A DNA stretch of 64,000 bases, taken from assembly GCA_965263355.1 (NCBI GenBank), contig CBDHHL010000056.1, positions 96,001 through 160,000 on the forward strand. The letters are read 5' to 3'. The notes under the pieces are model-generated. The model was not told where the DNA came from. It was given only the letters and a program-made list of their open reading frames with translations, and did no database searches. Below are positions 41,332 to 50,736 of this stretch, piece by piece (position 1 is the stretch's first letter; every line of letters begins with the position of its first letter). This stretch comes from Leptolyngbyaceae cyanobacterium. GTDB lineage: Bacteria; Cyanobacteriota; Cyanobacteriia; Phormidesmidales; Phormidesmidaceae. Position numbers and translations under genes: made by a program.

Positions 41332-42675
41332 TTATTTTTGTGATTGTTGTTTAGGTTGTTGTTGAACGCCCAATAACTTTGCTAGTGGGGACTTTTTGCG
41401 TCTCAGTACAGCTATGTATTTTTCTTCATCATAAGGGACACCATCTTGCCAACAGCGCCAGAGAATTCTTCCCCACTTATAGGCCAAGGCACGAATCGCT
41501 TTAGGATGACTTTTACCTGATTGCTTCTGCTGTAGATAAAAGGCTTGGGACCAAGTCGAATGTCGACGCGCTTGATCGACCCATTCAACAAAGGTTTGTC
41601 TGAGGAAAATTGGACATGACCAACGCCAATGAACCCAGCACTTTTTGCCGCTTTCCTCCTTGACAGGGGCAATACCGATATAGCTCATAAAGGCCTGAGC
41701 CGACGTAAAGCGCGTGCGGTCTTCGCCAAAGGCGACTAACAGTCGTGGCGCTAGATGCGGTCCGGCTCCCGGTAAGGCCTGAAATAACTCGGCATCTGGC
41801 AATGACTCAAACAGGTTAGCAATCTGTTGGTTAAATTCAGTTAATTGTTGTAAAACAACCTTAAGCAGAGTGATTAGACTTAAAGTCAGTGTTTTAGCCG
41901 GTATCACAATGGCGTCATCCTCAGTCAGCGGTGGGCCTGCGTCTTTGATTTGCTGAATCCTACGCTGAATCGTCGTCCGTCGAACAACATGATGGCGATG
42001 GAAAAACTGAGTGATTGTTTCAGGGGTTGCTGCTTGGGCCGCTTTGACATCGTCGAACTGCTCAATAAACTCACAAAAGACCTGCGTATCTTTATCTCTA
42101 AACCAATCAAGAACTTGAGGAAAATAGGATTTGAGTGATGCGGTGATACGGTTAGTCAAACGCACCTTTTCGCCCACTAACATCCGACGCGATTCTACCC
42201 ATTGTCTGAGGGCACGATGTTCAGGGCACCCTGCCACCCAAGCCTTTAGTTTATTGCCATGCTTACGCATTAACTCCACCAGAATACGGGCATCTACGGG
42301 GTCGGATTTGGCTCGTGATGGCTGAAACGCTTTTCGATAGTTGGCCACCGTTCTGGGATTAATGGGAAACAGCACTAAATTGTCATACTGACACAGCGCA
42401 TAGAGTAGAGGCCCTCGCTGTTGTTCAAGAGCAACCGCAATTTTGCCAGGACCATACCGTTCTCGGAGTTGTGTGACCCAATCCAGAATAGCTTGAGGAT
42501 GGTTTTGAATAATACTATTTTTCCAGGTGTCTGTTGCACAGTCATATACCGCAATGTCATTTTTTCGGTCAGCCCAGTCAATGCCCACATAGGCCACATA
42601 GTCAATCGACTCGATGGCCTTAGGCATAGGTGTTTCTGAAGCTGAGTCTGTAGTTATGGTTGGGGCTATTGTCAT
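41332..42675 (-). CDS. IS110 family recombinase/transposase
   Basis: GIDWAD, ALE, KSDPVDA (DEDD RuvC-like); LPGAG, GIAP..ESG (Tnp domain Ser); A.RALA.K. Confidence 0.95.
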   Translation of the reverse strand: MTIAPTITTDSASETPMPKAIESIDYVAYVGIDWADRKNDIAVYDCATDTWKNSIIQNHPQAILDWVTQLRERYGPGKIAVALEQQRGPLLYALCQYDNLVLFPINPRTVANYRKAFQPSRAKSDPVDARILVELMRKHGNKLKAWVAGCPEHRALRQWVESRRMLVGEKVRLTNRITASLKSYFPQVLDWFRDKDTQVFCEFIEQFDDVKAAQAATPETITQFFHRHHVVRRTTIQRRIQQIKDAGPPLTEDDAIVIPAKTLTLSLITLLKVVLQQLTEFNQQIANLFESLPDAELFQALPGAGPHLAPRLLVAFGEDRTRFTSAQAFMSYIGIAPVKEESGKKCWVHWRWSCPIFLRQTFVEWVDQARRHSTWSQAFYLQQKQSGKSHPKAIRALAYKWGRILWRCWQDGVPYDEEKYIAVLRRKKSPLAKLLGVQQQPKQQSQK

Positions 42676-42721
42676 TGTGTTAGATTAGAAGCCAATTTGT
42701 TTAACAGGGGTACGTCTGCTA

Positions 42722-42990
42722 CCTACTTGAAGAGCGAAAAGATTATGGAAGCGATTGAATCCCCTTCCCTGAGAGTTCGTTTAAGACAAGTAGGACAAAG
42801 ACCAGAGGCGAGGCGATATGTTAGTAGTCATTGACTGACGTGCGTTGGATAGTCGTCCTCTAGTCCTAGCAGACAAGCCCCATTTTTTGACTTTACGCTT
42901 TTCTTGACAGTTGGGATGAGTGAAGATGAGGAGCGATGCGATATGTTAGTAGACATGCAGGCTGTCGCTCGTTGCATAGTCGTCTCCTCG
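42722..42990 (-). ncRNA. Candidate bridge RNA: target loop 1 (42928-42989), target loop 2 (42804-42861), donor loop (42722-42794)
   Basis: Three stem/internal-loop modules whose guide segments match the empty attC target and the end-to-end donor junction. Confidence 0.75.
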
Positions 42991-43175
42991 GTTCGTCCCC
43001 CCATAACCCGTTGGGGCGGACGTATAAAAGGCGTCGCAAGTACTGTACAAGATATCGGTCGCCGCTCAACTTAGCCGTTAGTTGGGTATGGGTCTGGGTA
43101 TGGAGTTACGAATCGTAATGAGATTAGCTTCTGGGTTAGAGATCGTTGATTTTCATCTTTGACGCTGAGGGTGGA

Positions 43176-43206
43176 TAACATAGCCTCTGAGGCAGATGAG
43201 GGCAAT
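43176..43206 (+). mobile_element. Relic of a related IS110 end at a second TAACATAG site
   Basis: taacatag|cctctgaggcagatgagggcaat versus taacatag|tccctgaggcggacgaggtcaat (18/23 identical after the junction). Confidence 0.55.
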
Positions 43207-43216
43207 TTCACACTGC

Positions 43217-43253
43217 TTGACAGCTTCCTTTCCCGTGATTACATTGTAATTAC
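43217..43253 (+). promoter_or_regulatory. Sigma70-type promoter and palindromic operator of the TA operon
   Basis: TTGACA (43217)-17 nt-TACATT (43240), overlapped by the palindrome gtgattac-att-gtaattac. Confidence 0.65.
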
Positions 43254-43281
43254 ATTTTCCTGTTCGCAAGTATCTAATTCT

Positions 43282-43542
43282 ATGGGCACAATTGTCAGAA
43301 CTCGGATCGTTAAAATTGGCAATTCTCAAGGCATTCGTATTCCTAAGCTCCTCTTGGAGCAAAGTGGTATTCATGAAGACGTTGAGATTGAAGTACAGGG
43401 TGATTGTCTGACTATTCGCAAAGCACAATGTTGGCGTGCCGGATGGGATGAGGCCTTTGCTGCAATGGCTGAGAATCAAGATGATGTACTTCTAGATGAC
43501 GTCAACACTACTGACTGGGATCAATCTGACTGGGAATGGTAG
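43282..43542 (+). CDS. AbrB/MazE family antitoxin
   Basis: IVKIGNSQGIRIPK.LL, acidic C-terminal DW..EW. ATG at 43282. Confidence 0.92.
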   Translation: MGTIVRTRIVKIGNSQGIRIPKLLLEQSGIHEDVEIEVQGDCLTIRKAQCWRAGWDEAFAAMAENQDDVLLDDVNTTDWDQSDWEW

Positions 43543-43859
43543 TCAAGCGTTTCGATGTTTTTCTGGTCAACCTAGACCCCACTGTTGGCAGTGAAATTCA
43601 GAAAACACGCCCCTGTGTTGTTATATCACCGGATGAGATGAACCGTTATATCGCTAAGGTTATCATTGCTCCAATGACTACGAAAGGTAAGCAATATCCC
43701 ACTCGTGTTGTCTGTCAATTTCAGGGCAAAAATGGGCAAATCGTTTTAGACCAAATCCGCACAGTAGATAAAAATAGATTGGACAAAAAGATTGGCCAAA
43801 TCAGTCAAGATGAGCAAAAAATGCTTCTTGCGACCTTAGCTGAGATGTTTGCTGAATAG
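43536..43859 (+). CDS. PemK/MazF family endoribonuclease toxin
   Basis: V.LDPT.GSEI.KTRPCVVISP, APMT, DQIRTVDK.RL. Confidence 0.93.
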   Translation: MVVKRFDVFLVNLDPTVGSEIQKTRPCVVISPDEMNRYIAKVIIAPMTTKGKQYPTRVVCQFQGKNGQIVLDQIRTVDKNRLDKKIGQISQDEQKMLLATLAEMFAE

Positions 43860-44033
43860 GTTTCCTAATAAGGGCTTGCAACGGAACGGAGATATAAATT
43901 CAGAGAAGTAGGATGCGCGCTGCTCACAGCAAGCTATGACAATATTTAACCTCTTATTTTTCTGAGATTCAGCTGTTTTTTTACAATTTTATAACTCACA
44001 ATTTTAAAGAAAAAGATGTGAGAATTATCCCTT

Positions 44034-45698
44034 ATGCTGAGTCCATTCCATTCTCGCCTGGCTAGTCTGTCTGATCGTGTTTATTCCTGGTTGGGAATGC
44101 GATCGCACTCCTGGTTAGGGATTACCCTGGGACTGTGGCTGATCCTAACCTGGGCACTTCCTGCCTCAGCCCTTACGGTACAAGATATTCCCAGCCCACG
44201 AGCACACGGTGGCTGGGTCAGCGATACAGCGGACCAAATTTCGCCCCCCATGGAGCGGCGACTCAATGGCCTGATCACCTTTTTGGAAGCGAAAACCACC
44301 TCAGAAATGGCGGTGGTAACAATTTCTGACACACCCCCAGACATCTCCCCAAAAGACTTTGCCACAGAATTATTCAATACCTGGGGAGTAGGAAAAGTAA
44401 AGAAAAATAATGGCATGCTAATGCTGTTGTCGATGAGCGATCGCCGTATCGAGATCGAGCTTGGACGGGGCATGGAAGATGTGCTACCGAACGATTACCT
44501 TGCCAGCCTGATCCAAGATACCCTGCGTCCATTGCTCCAGAGTAGGGATGTGGATCAGGCATTGTGGGCGGGGGTAGGGGCAATCGTCGCCGACCTCACA
44601 GGCATTGACCCCAATGCCCCAACAGTTTTGCCCTGGGCACCTACCAGCTACACAATCTTTCTAGTTCTGGGCATCCCCTGCCTAGTGGGCAGTATCCTCC
44701 GCCTCCGCTGGCAGTATCAGCAACTTGCTCCGCTTCCTCCCACAGGCAGCGAGCCATTCTCTGGGTCCCTAAAGCTTTCGGAAATCGATTTTGATCGCCT
44801 GGTCCAAACAACCTCCCATTGTCCCAAACGCCCCTTCTTGCCGCTGCTGCTCCTTGTCTGTAGTTTCCCTCTGATAGCCCCGGCACTGACCTTCTGGGTT
44901 ACCTCCCTCTGGGGTGCCCCTTTCGATACCCGCACAGACCTCTTCCTTGACTTGATGGTGATTCCAGCCAGTGCCTACGGATTGCTCCTAACGCTCTATC
45001 TAGACCCCTGGCTGCACCCTGTTCCTGGCAACCGTCCCTTCAACCTGTTGGAATTTTTGGACAGCATTGACAGCAGCCAGCAAACGACCTGGCAAGATCG
45101 CATTGTAAAATGGGCCATCAAGCTTTTAATACTCAATTACTTCGTTCTCCTTATCGGTGGTGGGCCGTTTCTTCTGTGGCTTATCTATAAGCAGCTCTGG
45201 ATGCTGGCAACACCATTCACCCCCGCTTTACGGATTTCGGTTGCTGCCCCCCTATTCGTTGCTCTGGGAAATGTCGCGATCGCGACCTTCTACATCCAAG
45301 CAGAACGCTGGAGCAGCCGCCCTACCCCTGGCTATTGCTGCACAATCTGCCAGGGCGACATCGTCGATTTAACCAGCTATTCATCCGAACTTCGCAAGTT
45401 ACTCCCCTATCGGCCAAATACCACCTATCGGGCATGGCACTGTCCCACCTGTTATCCCACCCTCAGCCAAGACGGCATCTTCCTTTTCACCGAAGAAAAG
45501 TCTCCATCGACCCCGTCCAGCGTTTCAGCAAGGTCCCAAAGCCGTCACTCAAAGAGGTCCCAAAGCCGTCGATCAAAGCCCCGCCAGTCCAGCTCCTACA
45601 ATGACTCCAGCAACTCTGTTGGATCAATCTTATCCTCCGACAGTAGCGACTTTGGGGGGGGTAGCAGTGACGGTGGTGGCGTAGGAGATAACTGGTAA
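44034..45698 (+). CDS. TPM (TLP18.3/Psb32/MOLO-1) domain membrane protein
   Basis: WVSD.A, EMAVVTI, FATELFN.WGVG....NG, RRIEIE.G.G, CxxC pairs, FGGG.S.GGG...W tail. Confidence 0.85.
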   Translation: MLSPFHSRLASLSDRVYSWLGMRSHSWLGITLGLWLILTWALPASALTVQDIPSPRAHGGWVSDTADQISPPMERRLNGLITFLEAKTTSEMAVVTISDTPPDISPKDFATELFNTWGVGKVKKNNGMLMLLSMSDRRIEIELGRGMEDVLPNDYLASLIQDTLRPLLQSRDVDQALWAGVGAIVADLTGIDPNAPTVLPWAPTSYTIFLVLGIPCLVGSILRLRWQYQQLAPLPPTGSEPFSGSLKLSEIDFDRLVQTTSHCPKRPFLPLLLLVCSFPLIAPALTFWVTSLWGAPFDTRTDLFLDLMVIPASAYGLLLTLYLDPWLHPVPGNRPFNLLEFLDSIDSSQQTTWQDRIVKWAIKLLILNYFVLLIGGGPFLLWLIYKQLWMLATPFTPALRISVAAPLFVALGNVAIATFYIQAERWSSRPTPGYCCTICQGDIVDLTSYSSELRKLLPYRPNTTYRAWHCPTCYPTLSQDGIFLFTEEKSPSTPSSVSARSQSRHSKRSQSRRSKPRQSSSYNDSSNSVGSILSSDSSDFGGGSSDGGGVGDNW

Positions 45699-45777
45699 GC
45701 ATCGGGCTAATATCAAGTCAGGTTAAACACCCGCAATTGATCACCGAACCATTCCATCGTGAACTCGGAAACTAAAA

Positions 45778-46683
45778 ATGAGCCGCCCACCAGTCATACT
45801 ATTCCCACACGAGCCTTCTTCACCTGACACAATCGACTCTGAGTTTGTTGTTGAAGTTGAGGCCGCACGATCGGTTGGATTTTCGACAGGGTTTTACGAT
45901 CACAAGGCTGTGGCAGCAGGCAACCCAAAAGAGGGCCTGGCTAGCCTTTGTTCCTGCGAAACTCAACAATCATTAATCCTGCGTGGCTGGATGCTGCCTG
46001 GGCAGACCTACTCATCACTCTATTCTACTTTGGTTACGAAGAATTATTGCCCAGTGACTGCACCGGACGATTACGCACAGGCCCATTACTTACCATTTGC
46101 CTACCCACTGATAGACGGTCATACGCCTCGGAGCGCATGGATTGAAGGAGATGATCCGGATGCTGCCTGGGAACTGTACCAGGGATTCCGTGCCAAGGAT
46201 TCAATCATTAAAGACTGGGTTAAGTCGGCCAAGAAACGTTGGCAGGAAGCTTGCTACATCCCTGCCAATACTGACGAAACACGATTCCGTGAAATATATC
46301 GTGCCTTTCGAGCAGAAAGAGGTAAGTTGTTTAATCGAGGTGTTGTTCTGCGTGAGTTTATGCCCATCGTCGAGCGTGGGAGTGACATTAGAGGTTTACC
46401 CATTGTGGAAGAAATTCGACTGTTCTTCTGGCAGGGAAAGGTGCTTGTTCGACCTGAGGAAAGATCGCCATCACCGATGGACGAGGCTGATCGATGGGAG
46501 GAAATTGCCTCTAGATTCACGTCGCCATTTATCACGATTGATGTTGCTTATTTGACCGACGGTACATGGAAAATTGTTGAGGTTGGAGATGGTGGCGTTT
46601 CTGGACTTCCCATGGGAATGGAACCAACACGCTTCTATGCCGCCCTGTGGGAACATACAAAACTAAGTTGTGTATCGGCGTAA
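45778..46683 (+). CDS. ATP-grasp domain protein (R2K-like)
   Basis: LRGWML, IKDWVKS.K, GVVLREF, E.RLF, F.TIDVA...G.W.IVEVGDG.VSG. Confidence 0.7.
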   Translation: MSRPPVILFPHEPSSPDTIDSEFVVEVEAARSVGFSTGFYDHKAVAAGNPKEGLASLCSCETQQSLILRGWMLPGQTYSSLYSTLVTKNYCPVTAPDDYAQAHYLPFAYPLIDGHTPRSAWIEGDDPDAAWELYQGFRAKDSIIKDWVKSAKKRWQEACYIPANTDETRFREIYRAFRAERGKLFNRGVVLREFMPIVERGSDIRGLPIVEEIRLFFWQGKVLVRPEERSPSPMDEADRWEEIASRFTSPFITIDVAYLTDGTWKIVEVGDGGVSGLPMGMEPTRFYAALWEHTKLSCVSA

Positions 46684-46688
46684 TCTGT

Positions 46689-47576
46689 CTATGCTGATAT
46701 TTCTGCTTCAGAACACACTGCATTGGCCTGCATCTCCAGGTAACAATGTAAGTATTCTGACAGAACGCCGTGTAGGAGAAGATTATGGGCTGCGGCAAAA
46801 GGACTATTTGGTGCTAAAGGATAACGATTGGTAATCAAGTGATTCCAGCTGTAGTCCCCGGTCAGCTTACTGAAATATAGGCCAAAGCTCTCATCAAACT
46901 GTAACGACACCACTGCCCGGTGGAACTCGTCACTGGTGACGCATAGGGAGTAACAAATTTTGAATAACTCCAATGCCGATTCCATATCTAACACCTGCAA
47001 CCAGCCCCGTTGACTCACGTCAATATTCAATTTGATCGGGCGAATGCTGCGGTAGGTCAGTCCTTGCTGCTGGACGTTTGATAACCAATTTGGATAACGC
47101 TGTTGCGCGGCATGGTAGTCCAGCACAAAGTTATACAAAATCAAGTCGTGCTCCAAAAAGGCATTGTCTGCTAATTCCTCAACTGTAGAGGGATACAAAT
47201 CAGAGCGTGGCATATTGGGGTCCGGGCCATTGTCCACCAGAAAGTTGACAATGTTTGAGCCAATCCACAAGTGGCGCACAATGAGATAACAGGCTTCTGG
47301 GGTGGTAAACGTGTTGAGGAACCAGACTGCCATGTAGTGCATAAACCAGTAAGAGCGGAACTGAAATGGCAGCAGACGCTTTATGGTCATGATGAGCCCC
47401 AGTCCGATGTTGGCGATCACCTTGATGGGCATCAGCAAATAGCTGCGTGACCAGCTTTGCAGGTCTTTGACCATATAGGCTTTGGCTTGAGGATCGACGG
47501 GAATGGCACTATCGAAATAGATAGCGTCCCACATACTAGGATCCCGACGATCTCGGGGAGCACTGGTCCAAGTCAC
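46689..47576 (-). CDS. Conserved hypothetical protein (DUF6999-like) coupled to the KAS III fusion
   Basis: DPS.W.A.Y.D, P.A.YLI.RH..GS, HD..LYNF, LQ.DE; its start overlaps the upstream stop. Confidence 0.6.
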   Translation of the reverse strand: MTWTSAPRDRRDPSMWDAIYFDSAIPVDPQAKAYMVKDLQSWSRSYLLMPIKVIANIGLGLIMTIKRLLPFQFRSYWFMHYMAVWFLNTFTTPEACYLIVRHLWIGSNIVNFLVDNGPDPNMPRSDLYPSTVEELADNAFLEHDLILYNFVLDYHAAQQRYPNWLSNVQQQGLTYRSIRPIKLNIDVSQRGWLQVLDMESALELFKICYSLCVTSDEFHRAVVSLQFDESFGLYFSKLTGDYSWNHLITNRYPLAPNSPFAAAHNLLLHGVLSEYLHCYLEMQANAVCSEAEISA

Positions 47577-49468
47577 TAACCGATTTCCTCCAGTTGCAAG
47601 CGATACAAACGAGCGGTTACCTTTGCAGTCTTCACTATGCGATTTCCAATCTCCGGAGTCATCCAGTCAGCTTCGAGAAAGGTATTTAGCTTCTGGATAT
47701 GGGCTTCGTCATTATCAGCGTGGTAGCCCAAAAAGGACACCTGTTGTTTGGTCAGTCCCAGGGTTTGCCGAATTAGCTCGGCCCACTGTCCAGCCAGTCG
47801 ATTTCCTAACCCCTCGATAATGAACATACTGCCCAGTAAGTCAATGGGATTTTCATGGGACGCTCGATGAAAAATATAGGCCGATAATGCTTCGGAACCA
47901 ATGTTTTGTTGAGCATTGACAATGTCGTTCAGGTCGCCGCCTATGGATACATAATCTCGCTCTAACATCTGGAAATCTCGGTGTTCGTCGCGGGCATGGT
48001 GAATCATGAGCGATCGCAACGAGAAATTGGTAGCATTGGACGCCGCTCGAGTAATCCATCGGGCACCTTCTACCACCTGAGGTCGTAAATTACGCAGCAG
48101 GGCTTTGTAGTCCTCCAGGGTAAACTCGCCCCGATGGAGGCGTTGCACAATCGGTACAGACCGCAGTTGACGATCAAACTCTAGCCATACCAGCATCAGT
48201 TGCCGCAGCAGCTCGGCAGACCCTGTGAATGCTGCGGCTGGGGGAGCAGTGATAGGGTTGGGTGCAACCTGGTAAGTCAGCGCTGGCACTGGCGCGCGCT
48301 GGTGAGCAACCACTGTCAGCAGCATATATGCGGTAGTAAATCGCCCACTTTCAGGTACAAAGCAGAAAATCGTTTGCCCTGCTTGCAGTTTGCCAGAGTG
48401 GAAAAGTTCTTCCAACATCAAATAGATGGAAGCACAACCCGTATTGCCACGGGTATAGAGGTTGGTAAACCAACGATCTTCCGGAATCATGCAGTCTGCT
48501 TTTGTTAACAAATCAATAATTTGACTGCGGAAAAAGTGAGATGAGTAGTGACACAACAACCAGTCAATCTCGTCGGGCTTCACCCGTTTGGCCTCAATCA
48601 AGCGTAACCAACCTTCCACACCCAGCTGCATCACCGTGTCTAATAGGCGAATGTTTTGTCGCAGGTCAATGGCCCCATCTCGCGTCGCCTCGGTTTGAGA
48701 TGGATAATCCATCCAACTGGTAAGCAAATTGGGATTGTCCACCCCAGCATACATACAGACTGGATAAGCATTGGCGTGAGACACTAGTTCAATCCATTCC
48801 ACTTTGAGACTGAGACCGTTGGCCGCTGGGCGATCACTTACCAAGACGGCACCGGCACCGTCCGATAGCATCCAGCGCAGAAACTCGGTATCAAAGGACA
48901 GCTTCTCCCCAGCTTGTACCGAGGTTTCCGCCTCAAATCGAGTATGCTTAAACAAGCGAGAGGCTAACTCTGATGCCACTGCGATCGCTCGTCGCTTTTT
49001 GCCTAACTGTACCTGCGATGTCGCATACTTTAATGCCGCCACCCCAGCACAACAGACTCCCTGATGCGTTGTTGCTTCCAAGGGAGACAGTTCGGGCAAC
49101 TCACCATGCACCATACTGCCAAATCCTGGCACCAATAAGTCAGGCCATGTAGTACCGCAGGCCAACAGGTCAATGTCACAGGGAGGAATACCGGTTTTTC
49201 CCAAAATATCGCGCACTGCGATCGCGGCCATTTGACTATTGCTATGGGTGCTCTGCTGCTGTTGGTTCAGGGCGTAATATCGCTGTTGAATACCATTGCT
49301 CTTAAGAATCCGACCTTTAAACCGTGAGGTTTGACCATTGACTCTGCCTAAATAGGCTTCCATGGCGTCATTGCCAATAGGATCGCCAGGTAGACACTTA
49401 CCGACCTGGGTAATATAAGCCTGACCCGGTGCGTAAGGATGGGTCGTTTGAGATGCTTGAGATTGCAT
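47576..49468 (-). CDS. StlD/DarB-like beta-ketoacyl synthase III fused to a heme-oxygenase-like iron redox domain
   Basis: GVCCAG, FLRWMLSDGAGA, CHYSS, RGNTG, VPESGRF; C-terminal Y..LLRNLR.QVVEG, HARDEHRD, IIEGLG, HADNDEAH. ATG 49468 preferred. Confidence 0.85.
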   Translation of the reverse strand: MQSQASQTTHPYAPGQAYITQVGKCLPGDPIGNDAMEAYLGRVNGQTSRFKGRILKSNGIQQRYYALNQQQQSTHSNSQMAAIAVRDILGKTGIPPCDIDLLACGTTWPDLLVPGFGSMVHGELPELSPLEATTHQGVCCAGVAALKYATSQVQLGKKRRAIAVASELASRLFKHTRFEAETSVQAGEKLSFDTEFLRWMLSDGAGAVLVSDRPAANGLSLKVEWIELVSHANAYPVCMYAGVDNPNLLTSWMDYPSQTEATRDGAIDLRQNIRLLDTVMQLGVEGWLRLIEAKRVKPDEIDWLLCHYSSHFFRSQIIDLLTKADCMIPEDRWFTNLYTRGNTGCASIYLMLEELFHSGKLQAGQTIFCFVPESGRFTTAYMLLTVVAHQRAPVPALTYQVAPNPITAPPAAAFTGSAELLRQLMLVWLEFDRQLRSVPIVQRLHRGEFTLEDYKALLRNLRPQVVEGARWITRAASNATNFSLRSLMIHHARDEHRDFQMLERDYVSIGGDLNDIVNAQQNIGSEALSAYIFHRASHENPIDLLGSMFIIEGLGNRLAGQWAELIRQTLGLTKQQVSFLGYHADNDEAHIQKLNTFLEADWMTPEIGNRIVKTAKVTARLYRLQLEEIG

Positions 49469-49782
49469 GCAAGGAACCTCTAGAATTATAGTTTTAATAA
49501 GGTCATGGGGCATTGTTATCGATGCTATTGATGCCATTCTTGTGGTTAAATGTGTGAAGCTACAATGACAACAATGCAGCACTAGAAAGCATTTGCCAGT
49601 GCTAGGAAAATCTCAGTAGCCTTCAGTAGAGGCAGAAGTTCTCCGAAGTTTTAGATGGATAAGGCTATTGAACAGCTACACACGGCTTAAATCATACGTT
49701 TACACCGTTACGTTTTGCCGTTATGATTTTACTCAACTCTCATTAGATTTTCGCAAAATGGACAAATTAGTTTCTGTAAACC

Positions 49783-50724
49783 ATGGGGAGAACTCAGAAA
49801 ATCTGGCTGGCGCTTAAAATTTTTGCTGTGATTGTAGCTGTATATATGGGATTTACAGCCTATCAGCTCTATCAACTTTTTGAACAAATCGATAATACGG
49901 TTCCCCATGGTGACCAATGCTTGGCAGAATTGCAGGGTGAAAACTACCGCTGTTGGGATCTGTTTGTGCCAGATGATTTAGGCGACGAGGCTGTACCGTT
50001 AGTTATTGATTTGCATGGATACTTTAACTCTCCGAAGACGCAACGTGGTTACTCTAATTTTGAAACACTTGCTGCTGAGGAAAAGTTTATTGTTGTTTGG
50101 CCTTATGGCATTGACTATAGTTGGAATGGAGGTGGTGAGCCTTGGCCTGAGAAAAATAAACCAGCGCAAGTGGTTGGCGAAGGATGCTGTGGCCCTGCCC
50201 TTTTTTATAGCATTGATGATGTCGGGTTTCTTGTTGATATGGTCAAACAGTTAGTGCAAGAGCAACCCATTGATGAGCAAAGAATTTATCTGTCTGGTTT
50301 CTCTACGGGCTGTGTTATGGCACAACGACTAGCCTCTGAGCATAGTGAACTGTTTGCAGGTTTGGCATGTATGGCAGGCACGGTTATGGTAGATGCTGCA
50401 TCAGATTACTCGCCCCTATCAATTCTAGAGATACGTGGCTCTGAAGATGACACGGCTCCCTATGAAACAGACTACTGGCTTGGCGCGATGGACAATTTCG
50501 AGACGTGGAAATTGCGTAACAACTGTCATGGCTCAACAGAGATAGTTTGGCAGGAGGGTAACCATAGGATGATACGGACCAATGATTGCACTAACGGCAC
50601 GCTAGTTGCACAACTGACTATCATGGGCGCAGGGCATCTTGTCTATGAAGATGCTGGAGAGATCGACATAACTAGGATAGCGTGGGACTTTCTGGTCGGC
50701 GAAACTGAGGTATCAAAACCATAG
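49783..50724 (+). CDS. PHB depolymerase/LpqC-like alpha/beta esterase
   Basis: PLVIDLHG, DDVGF, RIYLSGFSTG (GxSxG), G..D, GAGH. Confidence 0.85.
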   Translation: MGRTQKIWLALKIFAVIVAVYMGFTAYQLYQLFEQIDNTVPHGDQCLAELQGENYRCWDLFVPDDLGDEAVPLVIDLHGYFNSPKTQRGYSNFETLAAEEKFIVVWPYGIDYSWNGGGEPWPEKNKPAQVVGEGCCGPALFYSIDDVGFLVDMVKQLVQEQPIDEQRIYLSGFSTGCVMAQRLASEHSELFAGLACMAGTVMVDAASDYSPLSILEIRGSEDDTAPYETDYWLGAMDNFETWKLRNNCHGSTEIVWQEGNHRMIRTNDCTNGTLVAQLTIMGAGHLVYEDAGEIDITRIAWDFLVGETEVSKP

Positions 50725-50736
50725 ATAAATCACACA

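Larger units (their letters stand above)
41068..43008 (-). mobile_element. IS110-family element (~1.94 kb) inserted in attC
   Basis: Transposase plus non-coding ends; subterminal ggacga/tcgtcc repeats; boundaries inferred from attC reconstitution and guide matches. Confidence 0.8.
41057..43083 (+). other. attC site interrupted by IS110 (R'' 41057-41063; L''-L'-R' 43010-43083)
   Basis: Removing 41068-43008 gives gtctaac-atagc-gttggggcgg...ccgctcaac-ttagcc-gttagtt, starting just after the stop codon of the upstream gene. Confidence 0.8.
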
